Positions 50,316 through 59,502 are shown, numbered from the stretch's first letter. The stretch: DNA of 64,000 nucleotides from Candidatus Bathyarchaeota archaeon (GCA_963827165.1 CAWGZR010000005.1:128001-192000); one strand, 5' to 3'. Program-made: numbers and translations. Notes: a model not told the origin generated them from the letters alone.

Positions 50316-50736
50316 CATCGACGCTGACTTGACTGCCATCTTCCAACTTGAAACGTTCCCTCAACTTTGAAGCAGCCACAACCTCCAAAACGTCGTTTGG
50401 GTAGCTAGGTATTTGCGGCTGAATCACCGCGCAACCCAATCCTTTTACACATGCTTCAAACAAAATTCCAGTGCAATAATTATTCTCGGGCAGAATCTCG
50501 AATTTTGTGGCTTTCTCAAGCATTTTCTTTCGAAGCGCGCTCTCTTTCGTCAGGCGGATGTTTAGGGTTCCCAAGTAAGGGGTAAAACAGAGTTTTTCCT
50601 CTATCTGCCGCGTGACCCATGGTAAAGCAATGAATTTTCTTCCTTCGCCGCTGCCCGAAAAAACCTTGCCCTCAAAGGTTATCTGAGGCAAAAATAAGCC
50701 TTCACGAAGGCTTACGGCTTCTGCTCTTTCAGCCAT
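50305..50736 (-). CDS. ribK: CTP-dependent riboflavin kinase
   Basis: GKVFSGSGEGRKF, PY.GTLN, LEVVA..KLRE.F.L.DG; true start probably about 50691. Confidence 0.88.
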   Translation of the reverse strand: MAERAEAVSLREGLFLPQITFEGKVFSGSGEGRKFIALPWVTRQIEEKLCFTPYLGTLNIRLTKESALRKKMLEKATKFEILPENNYCTGILFEACVKGLGCAVIQPQIPSYPNDVLEVVAASKLRERFKLEDGSQVSVDVIV

Positions 50737-51092
50737 TGGGCAACCTGTTTTAGAACGGGATCGGTTGATATGTCGACTACTGGGACAATCATTTTCTCTT
50801 TGGTTTCAATTGTTTGCGCGTACTTTGGCATAAGCGAGTACCCGACAAAAGTCCAGTATACCTTGCGGTTCTCCAGCAACTCCCTGGCAACCGCTGTTGT
50901 CGAAGCTGGAAGGGGGAAATACAGGAATACCACACCTTCAACCCAGTAGAGACCCGCTAGTTTGCCGCCTGCAATGACGGAGGTGAATCGTGCAATGTCT
51001 TCGGGGGTGTTGAAGAAGGTTTTCTCCATGACAATTATTTCTTTAAACGGCGAATAAGAAATACTTACTTGAGGTGTGCTCATAACACTCAT
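50712..51092 (-). CDS. Conserved archaeal hypothetical protein
   Basis: 126-aa ORF, LYWVEGVVF motif, co-oriented with ribK. Confidence 0.7.
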   Translation of the reverse strand: MSVMSTPQVSISYSPFKEIIVMEKTFFNTPEDIARFTSVIAGGKLAGLYWVEGVVFLYFPLPASTTAVARELLENRKVYWTFVGYSLMPKYAQTIETKEKMIVPVVDISTDPVLKQVAQWLKEQKP

Positions 51093-51240
51093 CTTAGTTG
51101 GTTAGCTAGTGTGTAGGCGGTTCCCTTTTAATATTACCGTAATCCGAACATTTCAAGCTAAGCAGGCCAAGAGAAAAGTTAGGTACCGCATGATTTGTTA
51201 ACAAAACACTTTTTGAAAATGGTTTCAAACTGTTTTTGCC

Positions 51241-51483
51241 TTAGTCTTTTACGCCTGCTTTTTTTCTGACCCAATCGTTGAACTTTCCGTATACCCCGCC
51301 GAAAACAATCTCCAATACGACGGAGGAGCCCAAACCGATCAACGCGGCTTCAATCGACTTCGAAGTATACAGGAACACAGGCGTGTAAACGATCACCCAA
51401 AAAACCGCCATGGTAACAGCATCAACAGCGAATTTCCTATTCACGAAATATCTGACGTATTTGTTATTTACCAAAGTCGCCAT
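51241..51483 (-). CDS. Small membrane protein, possibly AlaE-like
   Basis: Two TMs; D..TM.VF and YG..ND motifs; AGAGG RBS. Confidence 0.55.
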   Translation of the reverse strand: MATLVNNKYVRYFVNRKFAVDAVTMAVFWVIVYTPVFLYTSKSIEAALIGLGSSVVLEIVFGGVYGKFNDWVRKKAGVKD

Positions 51484-51704
51484 CCTCTGAACTCTTTTGC
51501 TTAATTCTCAACATTAAAAGGATTACGGAACGAGAATGGAGTGGCATAAAGCCGAAAAGGTAAAATCCAAATACGCCATGCCCGCTTGCAGACGCCTCCG
51601 CAACAGCACAACCGCTGAAAAACAAAAATCCACATTCGCTACAGGCAGTGCCAAGGAGTTTGAAAGGTTGACCACAAAACTGCCCAAAATAAGATCTTTA
51701 AAAG

Positions 51705-52972
51705 CTAATCGTTGCCTTTGTCGTTTGGTTTTGTCTCGAGAACCCTAATTTTTCTATGCATGTAAGCAATGAGGGCAACCAACAAAGCAACCACCATAAC
51801 CAGTGTTGCGGATGCGACAACCTCTACCCAGCCAAGGTTGAATTGGGATGTTGATAAACTGGCGTATGCTTGGTTGGGTGTCGACGGCAAGTTTTGGGAG
51901 GGGTTTTCGAGCATGGCAGAAGTGGGAGATGGCGACAATGCTGAGGTTACCTGAGTTGAGCCGTAGACTGAGCCGTCTGTCAAGTTCAAAGTTTGCGTGT
52001 TGCTCCAGTCGCTTGTCGATTCGGCAACAAAGCTAGACAGATAACTTCCACAATCAGTATTACCAACGTACCATTGTTCGTACATATTAAAGATTGTACG
52101 CGTGTCCCAAACCCACCTTGTATTGTAGCAACCTAAAATTGCTTGAACCTGAAAATCTACCTTGCTGTCGTCAGGGAAAGTATTTGCGGGAATTTGCACA
52201 ACGGTGTAATCTGAGCTTGATTCAACAACTAGTACGGCGTCGGGGGTTGATACTGTTTTGATACTTGGATTTTCGTCCAAGAATGATATTTCTGTCCAGT
52301 TTTGCGAAAAATGACCTTTCACCCTAATATTATAAAAAGTGATGAAAGCCATTGATCCATCTGAGTAAGCAACGTGTTGATTTCGAATTGACAGTTGAAT
52401 AGTTGAGTTTTGAACATTATAGCCTGCTGAGCCAGAACTTACTTGCTCTTGCGCTCCCGTATATGGGTTCGTAGTGTAAATAGGTGAAGTCGCGGGCACA
52501 TCATAAGGATGCGAAACAAGCGCCAAGGTGAATTCTGGAACAGACACTCCTGGCGCAGGGCCAGAGATGGGATAAGAGGTCGGCGACGGGAAAGGAGAAG
52601 GCGTCACCGTTGCCCCGTTGTAAACAAACTGCATCGTGATTTGGGTGGGATAGCTTGTACAGCCAATCGACAATGAATACGAGTTAGTAGGCTGGGTCAT
52701 GTTCATCTGCTGGGTGCTATTGCCGCCCTGCGTTTGCTCGTTGAAGGAAATTAAGATGAGGTAGGGAGGAGGCCCATATACCACGATATTATAGGCATAG
52801 GGTTAATTGCTCCGGGGTCGGGCGACGGCATCTTGACTATGTCATAGGTCGCAGTATAACCAGGCAACGCATAGCTATACGCTCCAGTAGTCGCCTTCGC
52901 CGAAGAAAAGCAGAACGCAGCCAATAGAAAAACAGCAGCCGCCATAAGTGCAACTTCTTTTAGCTTCGCCAT
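51705..52972 (-). pseudogene. Frameshifted secreted surface protein, paralog of 23489-24286
   Basis: Signal peptide in ORF starting at ATG 52972, body in a different frame (51705-52784) sharing VPEFT, TTNPYTG, YNIRVKGHF, VDFQVQA, SDWSNTQT; C-terminal TM. Confidence 0.7.
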
Positions 52973-53055
52973 GCCGCCACCAACACCAAAAAGCACACGC
53001 CAGCAAGATTAAAGCATACTCGTTAAGAAACCTTGACTGAACCAAGTCAAGATTT

Positions 53056-53185
53056 GAGACTGTGTGAAAACTCAAAATGAGTTTAGAAAATTGCGTCAAA
53101 TACGTTTTAAATAGTTCTTTAAGTCATCCATTTTTAAATAAAACCAGCAATTTTCTGAAACTAAAATTAGTTTTTACACAGTCTC
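53056..53185. mobile_element. MITE copy 2 (130 bp) with 4-bp target duplication ATTT
   Basis: TIRs GAGACTGTGTGAAAACT / AGTTTTTACACAGTCTC; ATTT at 53052-53055 and 53186-53189. Confidence 0.85.
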
Positions 53186-53447
53186 ATTTATTGACTAAGA
53201 CGAGAAGGGCTCCCTACAGGGGTTGAAAGTCTCCCTGTAGAGGATGATGGCTTATGGCATATGGCTAAACAAGTGATTTAACATTTGCCGCAACCTGGAC
53301 TCCTTCATCATAGCCACCGCCAAAGCTACAAGCGCAAACTAGTTGTCTGCTTTTCCAGATTGACCTCATGACGTTTAGAAAAAGTTATAGCGTAGGTGAT
53401 CATTAAGCCTAAACTAACTTAGATGAATCTTGGATGGTTACGTTTGG

Positions 53448-54533
53448 ATGCCTGAAATTCGTGTAGCTCTTGTCGGGGTTGGTAACAGCGCTTGTGCCCT
53501 GGTTCAGGGTACCCAGTATTATAAGGATGCTAAAGAAGACACCACTGTGCCTGGTTTGATGCATGTCAATTATGGCGGCTATCATATCCGCGACATACAC
53601 TTCGTCGCCGCCTTCGAAGTTAACAAAGACAAAATCGGCAAAGACCTCTCCGAAGCTATTTGGATTAAACCTAACGTATGCGAAAAATTCAGCGACGTCC
53701 CAAACCTGGGCGTAAAAGTTTCGCCAGGCATCATTCTTGATGGCGCAGCACCTCACATGCGTGAAACCTTCAATGTTTATGATGACAGCAAAACCTCAAA
53801 AGAAAGCATCGTTAAAATCCTCAAAGACGCCAAAACACAGGTTCTCGTCAATTATCTTCCAGTTGGAAGCCACGACGCTGTCCGATTCTACGCTCAATGC
53901 GCCATAGACGCGGGATGCGCCATGGTGAATTGTATGCCTGAATTCATCGGTTCAGACAAGAGCGGGGAGTGGCCTAAGAAATTTGAGAGTGCAGGCTTAC
54001 CAGTCCTTGGCGACGATATTAAGAGTCAAGTTGGCGCCACAATCTTGCATCGCACCCTTGTGCGGTTGTGTTTAGATCGAGGAACGATTGTCGATGAGAC
54101 CTATCAACTTAACCTTGGTGGCGACACAGACTTCCAAAACATGACTGTTGAAAACCGCCTCACATCAAAGCGCATCAGCAAAACCGAAGCCGTCACCAGT
54201 CTCGTTCCCTATAACCTGCCAACACGCATTGGACCCAGCGATTATGTGCCGTTCTTGAAAAACAAGAAAATCTGCTATATCTCACTTAAAACCCGAGCGT
54301 TCGGCAACCGCCCCATAACCATCAGCGCAAAACTTGAAGTTGAAGATTCACCCAACAGCGCAGGCGTAGTTATCGACCTCATCCGCGCTGCAAAAATCGC
54401 ACTTGACCGCAAAATCTCCGGCACCCTCATCAGCATGTCTTCCTACGCGTTTAAGCACCCTCCAGTTCAGGTTCCTGACTCGCAAGCGAGGCAATGGACG
54501 GAAGATTGGATCGCGGGCAAACGCGAACGCTAG
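53448..54533 (+). CDS. ino1: myo-Inositol-1-phosphate synthase
   Basis: GVGNSA.ALVQG, NYLPVGS, GDDIKSQVGAT, YQLNLGGDTDF, SKRISKT, EDSPNSAG. Confidence 0.93.
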   Translation: MPEIRVALVGVGNSACALVQGTQYYKDAKEDTTVPGLMHVNYGGYHIRDIHFVAAFEVNKDKIGKDLSEAIWIKPNVCEKFSDVPNLGVKVSPGIILDGAAPHMRETFNVYDDSKTSKESIVKILKDAKTQVLVNYLPVGSHDAVRFYAQCAIDAGCAMVNCMPEFIGSDKSGEWPKKFESAGLPVLGDDIKSQVGATILHRTLVRLCLDRGTIVDETYQLNLGGDTDFQNMTVENRLTSKRISKTEAVTSLVPYNLPTRIGPSDYVPFLKNKKICYISLKTRAFGNRPITISAKLEVEDSPNSAGVVIDLIRAAKIALDRKISGTLISMSSYAFKHPPVQVPDSQARQWTEDWIAGKRER

Positions 54534-54621
54534 TATCTCCTGTTTAATTTTCAAAAATAGTTTCGGAGTCACGCCTTTTTTTGGGACTCCGCTTTGCCAT
54601 CTCTAAGTTTCTTTAACTTTT

Positions 54622-54965
54622 TTGCTATTGACTTTTGTTGACTATTACAGACTACTATTGACTATTAACGACTATCACAGACTATTAAAGACTGAACCTG
54701 TAACCAATCCAAGCCCAAAATCAAAAAAGCAACCCAAACCACAAAGAAAAAAATTTCCGCGTGAAAAATCAACTGTCCGCCCATCTTTCTACAGGCTTCT
54801 CCATTGCCTTTTTGAGGATGATTGATGCAAACAAATCAAGCCCCAAACTAAAAAACCAAGCCAAAACACAACACAAAAACGCTAAGACTTCACTGAAAAA
54901 ACTCCGAAGCATAAACTTAAATTTTCCAAAAAATGCCAAGGCAAAAGCACCCAAAAAAGCGCTGA
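54622..54965 (-). repeat. Non-coding dispersed repeat copy B, with 10-nt periodic GACT array at 54630-54693
   Basis: GACT at 54630, 640, 650, 660, 670, 680, 690; reverse complement aligns in blocks to 35725-36110. Confidence 0.65.
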
Positions 54966-55042
54966 TTCAGCTTTGTATGAAAGCTTTTTTAGCTTGAAAA
55001 CCCAAAATGGATACGGGTTAGTCTTTAGAAGGTTTGATATGC

Positions 55043-55459
55043 ATGGTTAAAGTTGATTCGTATGAAGTGCCTGAAGGGCTTTATTTCTCCAAAGATTTTG
55101 AGTGGATAAAAGTTGAAGGCGACAAAATCCGAATGGGAATCACGGATTACGCGCAGAAGTCGCTTAGGGAAATCGTTTATGCCGAGTTGCCAAGCGTGGG
55201 CACGCAGGTTAAGCAGGATGAACCCTACGGGACATTGGAATCGGTCAAAGCCGTCTCTGACCTTGTAGCGGCGGCAAGCGGAACCATCCTGGAAGTCAAC
55301 GATGAAGTCCAATCCAAACCCGAAACCCTAAACGAAGACCCATACGGCAAAGGCTGGTTACTCGTCATCAAACCCTCAAACCTGCAGGCAGAACTCGCAA
55401 ACCTCATGGACTTTAACAAAGCCGTCGAGTGGCATCAGAACCAAGCCAAATCCAAATAG
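55043..55459 (+). CDS. gcvH: Glycine cleavage H / lipoyl carrier protein
   Basis: MGITDYAQ, ESVKAVSD lipoyl-Lys motif, N.DPYGKGW. Confidence 0.92.
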   Translation: MVKVDSYEVPEGLYFSKDFEWIKVEGDKIRMGITDYAQKSLREIVYAELPSVGTQVKQDEPYGTLESVKAVSDLVAAASGTILEVNDEVQSKPETLNEDPYGKGWLLVIKPSNLQAELANLMDFNKAVEWHQNQAKSK

Positions 55460-55473
55460 GAAAGGGCAAGCAA

Positions 55474-56820
55474 ATGCCAAGACGCGTAATTGTAATCGGC
55501 GCCAACGCCGCAGGCGTAGAAGCAGCCTCAGCCGCACGCAAAAAAGACCGTACAGCAGAAATCACCCTTATAACGCAGGAGAAAACCGCTGGGTACTCAC
55601 GCTGCGGCTTACCCTTCGTAATCGGCGGCCAAATCCCCAACTTCAACGACTTAGTTGTTTATCCACCAGCATATTTCCAGATGCTAAAGCTGAACCTGCG
55701 AAACCTAACAAAAGCCACAGCAATTAACACTAAAGAAAAAACTGTCACCATCCAAACCAAAGAAGGACCAACCGAAGTTCTACAGTACGACAGCCTTGTC
55801 ATCTCCACCGGCGCGGACTCTTTTACTCCGCCTATTAAGGGCAGAGAAAAGCAGGGAGTGCTGAGTCTTCGTGGCATAGAAGACGGCGAAAAAATCGATG
55901 CTGCAGTTAAGGCAGGTGCGAAATCCGCGGTTATCATGGGCGCTGGCTTAATCGGGTTGGAACTCGGCGTTGCGTTGATAGAGCGTGGGTTGCAGGTTAC
56001 GGTGGTTGAGATGTTGCCTCAGATTTTGCCTCAGTTGCTTGACGCGGACATGGCGCAGCTGGTTGCGGCACATCTTCAGGAGAAGGGCATGCGCATTCTA
56101 ACAAGCAAGCCTGTTGAAGAGTTTCTCGGCGAAGACAAAGTCACAGCTGTTATGGCTGGAGGCGAAAAAATTGAAGCGGACCTCTTCGTCAGCTCTTTTG
56201 GCGTGAGAGCCAACACGAAACTAGCCGTGGACGCAGGCATACCCTTGGGCGAGACACGAGCGATCAAAACGAACTCGCGAATGGAAACTGACGTGAAAGA
56301 CGTTTACGCTGTAGGCGACTGCGCCGAAGCCCCAAACATCATTACACACAAGGCAACTTGCGCTCAACTCGGCACTATCGCGGTTCGGGAAGGCAAAGTT
56401 GCGGGTGCAAACGCAGGCGGCGGCTACGCGCAGTTCACAGGCGTCCTAGCGTCCGCTGTTACCCGACTCTTCGACGTAGAAGCGGGTTCAACAGGCATAA
56501 GCGAAACAGCGGCTGCCCGAAACAGAATCGAGGTAATCACAGGCACGATTAGCAGCAAAACAAAAGCCGACTACTACCCTACGGCAAAACCCATCAAAGT
56601 CAAGCTGATCGTTGAGAAAGAGTCCGAACGCATAATCGGAGCCCAAATAATCGGCGGCGAAGAAGTAACACAACGCATAAACGCCCTCAGCTTCGCGATA
56701 CAGAAAAACATGAGCGTTCGGGAACTTGCGAAAGCAGACACAGCTTATGCGCCGCCACTATGCGAAACATGGGAACCCATGGTCCTAGCCGCGGAAATGG
56801 TGTTAATGAAACTGCGTTAA
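55474..56820 (+). CDS. NADH oxidase / CoA-disulfide reductase family flavoprotein
   Basis: IGANAAG, single redox Cys YSRCGLP, GAGLIGLE, YAVGDC, C-terminal YAPP. Confidence 0.88.
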   Translation: MPRRVIVIGANAAGVEAASAARKKDRTAEITLITQEKTAGYSRCGLPFVIGGQIPNFNDLVVYPPAYFQMLKLNLRNLTKATAINTKEKTVTIQTKEGPTEVLQYDSLVISTGADSFTPPIKGREKQGVLSLRGIEDGEKIDAAVKAGAKSAVIMGAGLIGLELGVALIERGLQVTVVEMLPQILPQLLDADMAQLVAAHLQEKGMRILTSKPVEEFLGEDKVTAVMAGGEKIEADLFVSSFGVRANTKLAVDAGIPLGETRAIKTNSRMETDVKDVYAVGDCAEAPNIITHKATCAQLGTIAVREGKVAGANAGGGYAQFTGVLASAVTRLFDVEAGSTGISETAAARNRIEVITGTISSKTKADYYPTAKPIKVKLIVEKESERIIGAQIIGGEEVTQRINALSFAIQKNMSVRELAKADTAYAPPLCETWEPMVLAAEMVLMKLR

Positions 56821-56859
56821 GCAGTTTTCCTTTTTGTTTTTTGTTCGGTTCTTTTGGGT

Positions 56860-58689
56860 TTAGATTAGGTAGGCTTCTGTGATGTACCTTCGCACAACCC
56901 ACTGCGTCTGGAAGTAGTATGCAATTTTTGCGATGGAGTTTTTCATAAGATTTATCCAGGCGTCTTTCTGCCTGTAGAATGTTGGAATGATTAGATATTC
57001 GAGTTTGCTGTAGAGGTCTTGGAGCTCTATTTCTCTTCTTTCATTTTCAGCCAACAATTCTCTTGGGTGTGGACCTATTGCCCAACCGGTCACGCCTTCT
57101 ATGCAACCTTCCATCCACCAACCGTCTAGGACACTGAAATTTACGACACCGTTGTGTGCGGCTTTCATCCCGCTGGTTCCAGAAGCCTCAAAAGGCGGCA
57201 AGGGCGTGTTGAGCCAGACGTCAACACCTGAAGTGAGTTTAGCCGCGATGTCCATGTCATAGTTTTCAAGGTAAACTATCCGGACTTGATCTTTAAGTGT
57301 TCGTGCGTAGTCGTGGATTTGTCTTATAAGTCCCTTACCGTCGGTGTCCCTTGGGTGCGCTTTTCCCGCGAATATCATCTGGATTTTTTCTTTTCGATTG
57401 ATGTCCGTTAACCTATGTAAATCGGAGAAGATGAGGGTTGAACGTTTGTATCCAGTGGCTCTTCTAGCGAAACCTATTGTCAATGCTTGAGGATCCAGCG
57501 TTACCCCGTTGGCTTTTTCAACGAAGTTCAGCAGGTCCGTTTTTGCTTTTGAGTGGGCATCCCAAACTTCCCGGTTAGGAATCTCGCTGGCTTTAGCAAG
57601 AAGTATGGGTTCGTTAGTCCAGCCTGGAATGTACTTGTCGAAAAGTTGCCTGAAATAAAGGTTCGTCCATGTAGCCGAGTGAACCCCGTTCGTGACTGCT
57701 CGGATGTAGCGACCTGGAAAAAGCTTTCTGGAGTAATCAACGTGCGCCAGGGAGACACCGTTGATGTATTTGCTTAAGTTTAATGCTAGAAAAGCCATGT
57801 TGAGGTTTTCTGGTCCCGCATACTGCTTCATTTCAGCCAGCGGGTATTCTTTGCCAAGCATCTGTTGGACAAGTTCATAGGAAAATTGATCAAAAGCTGC
57901 TTCTACTGGGCTATGTGTTGTGAAAACGCAAAGGTTTTGGACTTTTTCTGCGTCCATGCCATTCTCTTTCAGCAACTCAAGCGTCAAGAGACTGGAGTGA
58001 CCTTCGTTCATATGGTACTTTCGGATTTTGAAGGGCAAGTTCCTCAGAAGTTTAGTTCCGCCAATGCCGAGAACGATCTCCTGTTTTAATCTGTAGCTTT
58101 TGTCGCCACCGTATAATGTATCAGTGATCCTTCGGTCTTCAGGAGAGTTTTCTTCCATATCCGTGTCCAAAAACAGAATTGGAACCATTCCGCCGGTGAC
58201 ACTCTGGTACTCATGAAGCCAAGCTTGCACTTTTACCGGGCGCCCTTCGAGGGTTAAGGTTACAACGTTGGGCATTCTAGTTAATGTTTTGGCTGGGTCC
58301 CACTCGTCGGGAAACTCAAGTTGCTCCCCCTGCTCAGTGATTTTTTGCCTGAAGTAGCCCTTCCTGCTTGCGAGTGTGATGGCAATCATCTGGAGTCGTA
58401 GGTCTGCGCTGGATTTCACTATGTCCCCGGCCAAAACGCCTAAGCCGCCGCTATACGTCGGCATTTTACTTGAAATACCAATTTCCATGGAGAAGTAGGC
58501 AATTCGGCGATCTTCTAAAAAGTGTCGTTGGCAGTTTTCGCTGCAGAAACAGTGTTTTTTGCCTCCGAAACTTTCGCATGCCGCTTCGATCTTTGTTGCC
58601 AAATTCTCTGATTCTATTTGGATTCCGCAAACTGGGCATCTCAAAAACACAGAATCAGCCAAATTTGACACCCAACGAACAACACCCAT
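56860..58689 (-). CDS. glgP: Alpha-glucan (glycogen/maltodextrin) phosphorylase with N-terminal YHS/TRASH domain
   Basis: IAYFSME, YSGGLGVLAGD, HMNEGH, ARRATGYKR, EASGTSGMK PLP motif; N-terminal CPVCG...FCSENC. Confidence 0.9.
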   Translation of the reverse strand: MGVVRWVSNLADSVFLRCPVCGIQIESENLATKIEAACESFGGKKHCFCSENCQRHFLEDRRIAYFSMEIGISSKMPTYSGGLGVLAGDIVKSSADLRLQMIAITLASRKGYFRQKITEQGEQLEFPDEWDPAKTLTRMPNVVTLTLEGRPVKVQAWLHEYQSVTGGMVPILFLDTDMEENSPEDRRITDTLYGGDKSYRLKQEIVLGIGGTKLLRNLPFKIRKYHMNEGHSSLLTLELLKENGMDAEKVQNLCVFTTHSPVEAAFDQFSYELVQQMLGKEYPLAEMKQYAGPENLNMAFLALNLSKYINGVSLAHVDYSRKLFPGRYIRAVTNGVHSATWTNLYFRQLFDKYIPGWTNEPILLAKASEIPNREVWDAHSKAKTDLLNFVEKANGVTLDPQALTIGFARRATGYKRSTLIFSDLHRLTDINRKEKIQMIFAGKAHPRDTDGKGLIRQIHDYARTLKDQVRIVYLENYDMDIAAKLTSGVDVWLNTPLPPFEASGTSGMKAAHNGVVNFSVLDGWWMEGCIEGVTGWAIGPHPRELLAENERREIELQDLYSKLEYLIIPTFYRQKDAWINLMKNSIAKIAYYFQTQWVVRRYITEAYLI

Positions 58690-58904
58690 CAGTCCGCATT
58701 CATATATGTGTATTGCTTAAGCTTTCTGGACCATTAAAATCGGCGAAAAGTGAAACCCTGAATGATGCTCAGCTTGAAGAACAACAAAAACCAAAAATGC
58801 TTGTCGTTCTTCTTTGCTTAAGTTGACCAAAAGGCCTCGCTGGGTTGAAGACATTTAGATGTCCTATACGGAAGTTTTGTTTTAGGCTTATCAGTTTTTT
58901 CTGG

Positions 58905-59363
58905 TTAGCCTATTTCTGATGTTCCTGGTTGCGTGAATGGCTCGGTCATGCCGACAAGCAGTTTCCCGAAAGTGTTGATGTGTGTTTCCTCATCCGCAAG
59001 AATTTCCTCAAGCAGCCGCCTTGTTGTGTAGTCGCCTTCTTGATGTGCTAGCTGGATTGCTTGCTTGTAGAGTTCGATAGCGTCTTCCTCATCGCGCTGG
59101 TCCTGCATAAGCATCTCGATTAAGCTGCTGCCGACGAAGATTGGGTCGGGCTTAGCGGTGGGGACACCGTTGAGGTAGTCAAGCCGTTCAGCAAGACGCT
59201 CGGCATGCTTCATTTCAGCGATAGCTATCTTGCGGAAGATATCTTCGACAACCACGCCATCCAACCCCGTAACTTGAATATGCTGCCACATATATTGGAT
59301 GCTTACTTGAAGCTCGCGGGCTATAGCTTTGTTCAAAAAATCCAAGAGTCTTTCAGAGACCAA
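58905..59363 (-). CDS. Bacterioferritin/ferritin-like di-iron protein
   Basis: LNKAIAREL...QY, EMKHAE, EEDAI..Y, DEETH ferroxidase ligands. Confidence 0.88.
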   Translation of the reverse strand: MVSERLLDFLNKAIARELQVSIQYMWQHIQVTGLDGVVVEDIFRKIAIAEMKHAERLAERLDYLNGVPTAKPDPIFVGSSLIEMLMQDQRDEEDAIELYKQAIQLAHQEGDYTTRRLLEEILADEETHINTFGKLLVGMTEPFTQPGTSEIG

Positions 59364-59502
59364 AATTAATCACCTAAAAAACCTAAACGGAGCTTGATAT
59401 ATAAACAAGCCTCAATTCGAAGGAAGCTAACCTGCCTTTCCATGTCAAAACTACTGGAGGGCGGGTTTAACGCTTAAAAGCAGATTGACAGTATTTTGAC
59501 AC

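Noticed and set aside
1333-50589. Reassignment of TGC/TGT codons to glycine
   Set aside because: The same codons encode essential Cys in Fe-S, rubredoxin, radical SAM and DapF motifs throughout the window
53205-53250. SECIS element or CRISPR repeat (TTGAAAG)
   Set aside because: Single copy, and no convincing in-frame TGA selenoprotein nearby; the C-GCAxxG-C-C and MvhD-like proteins use Cys
54630-54693. CRISPR array or mini-CRISPR
   Set aside because: The unit is 10 nt with a 4-nt core; there are no 24-40 nt repeats with unique spacers and no cas genes in the window
54622-54997. Lys-rich small ORFs (54622-54825, 54761-54997, 54769-54954)
   Set aside because: Explained by strand-skewed repeat DNA; not evidently conserved in the other copy of the element
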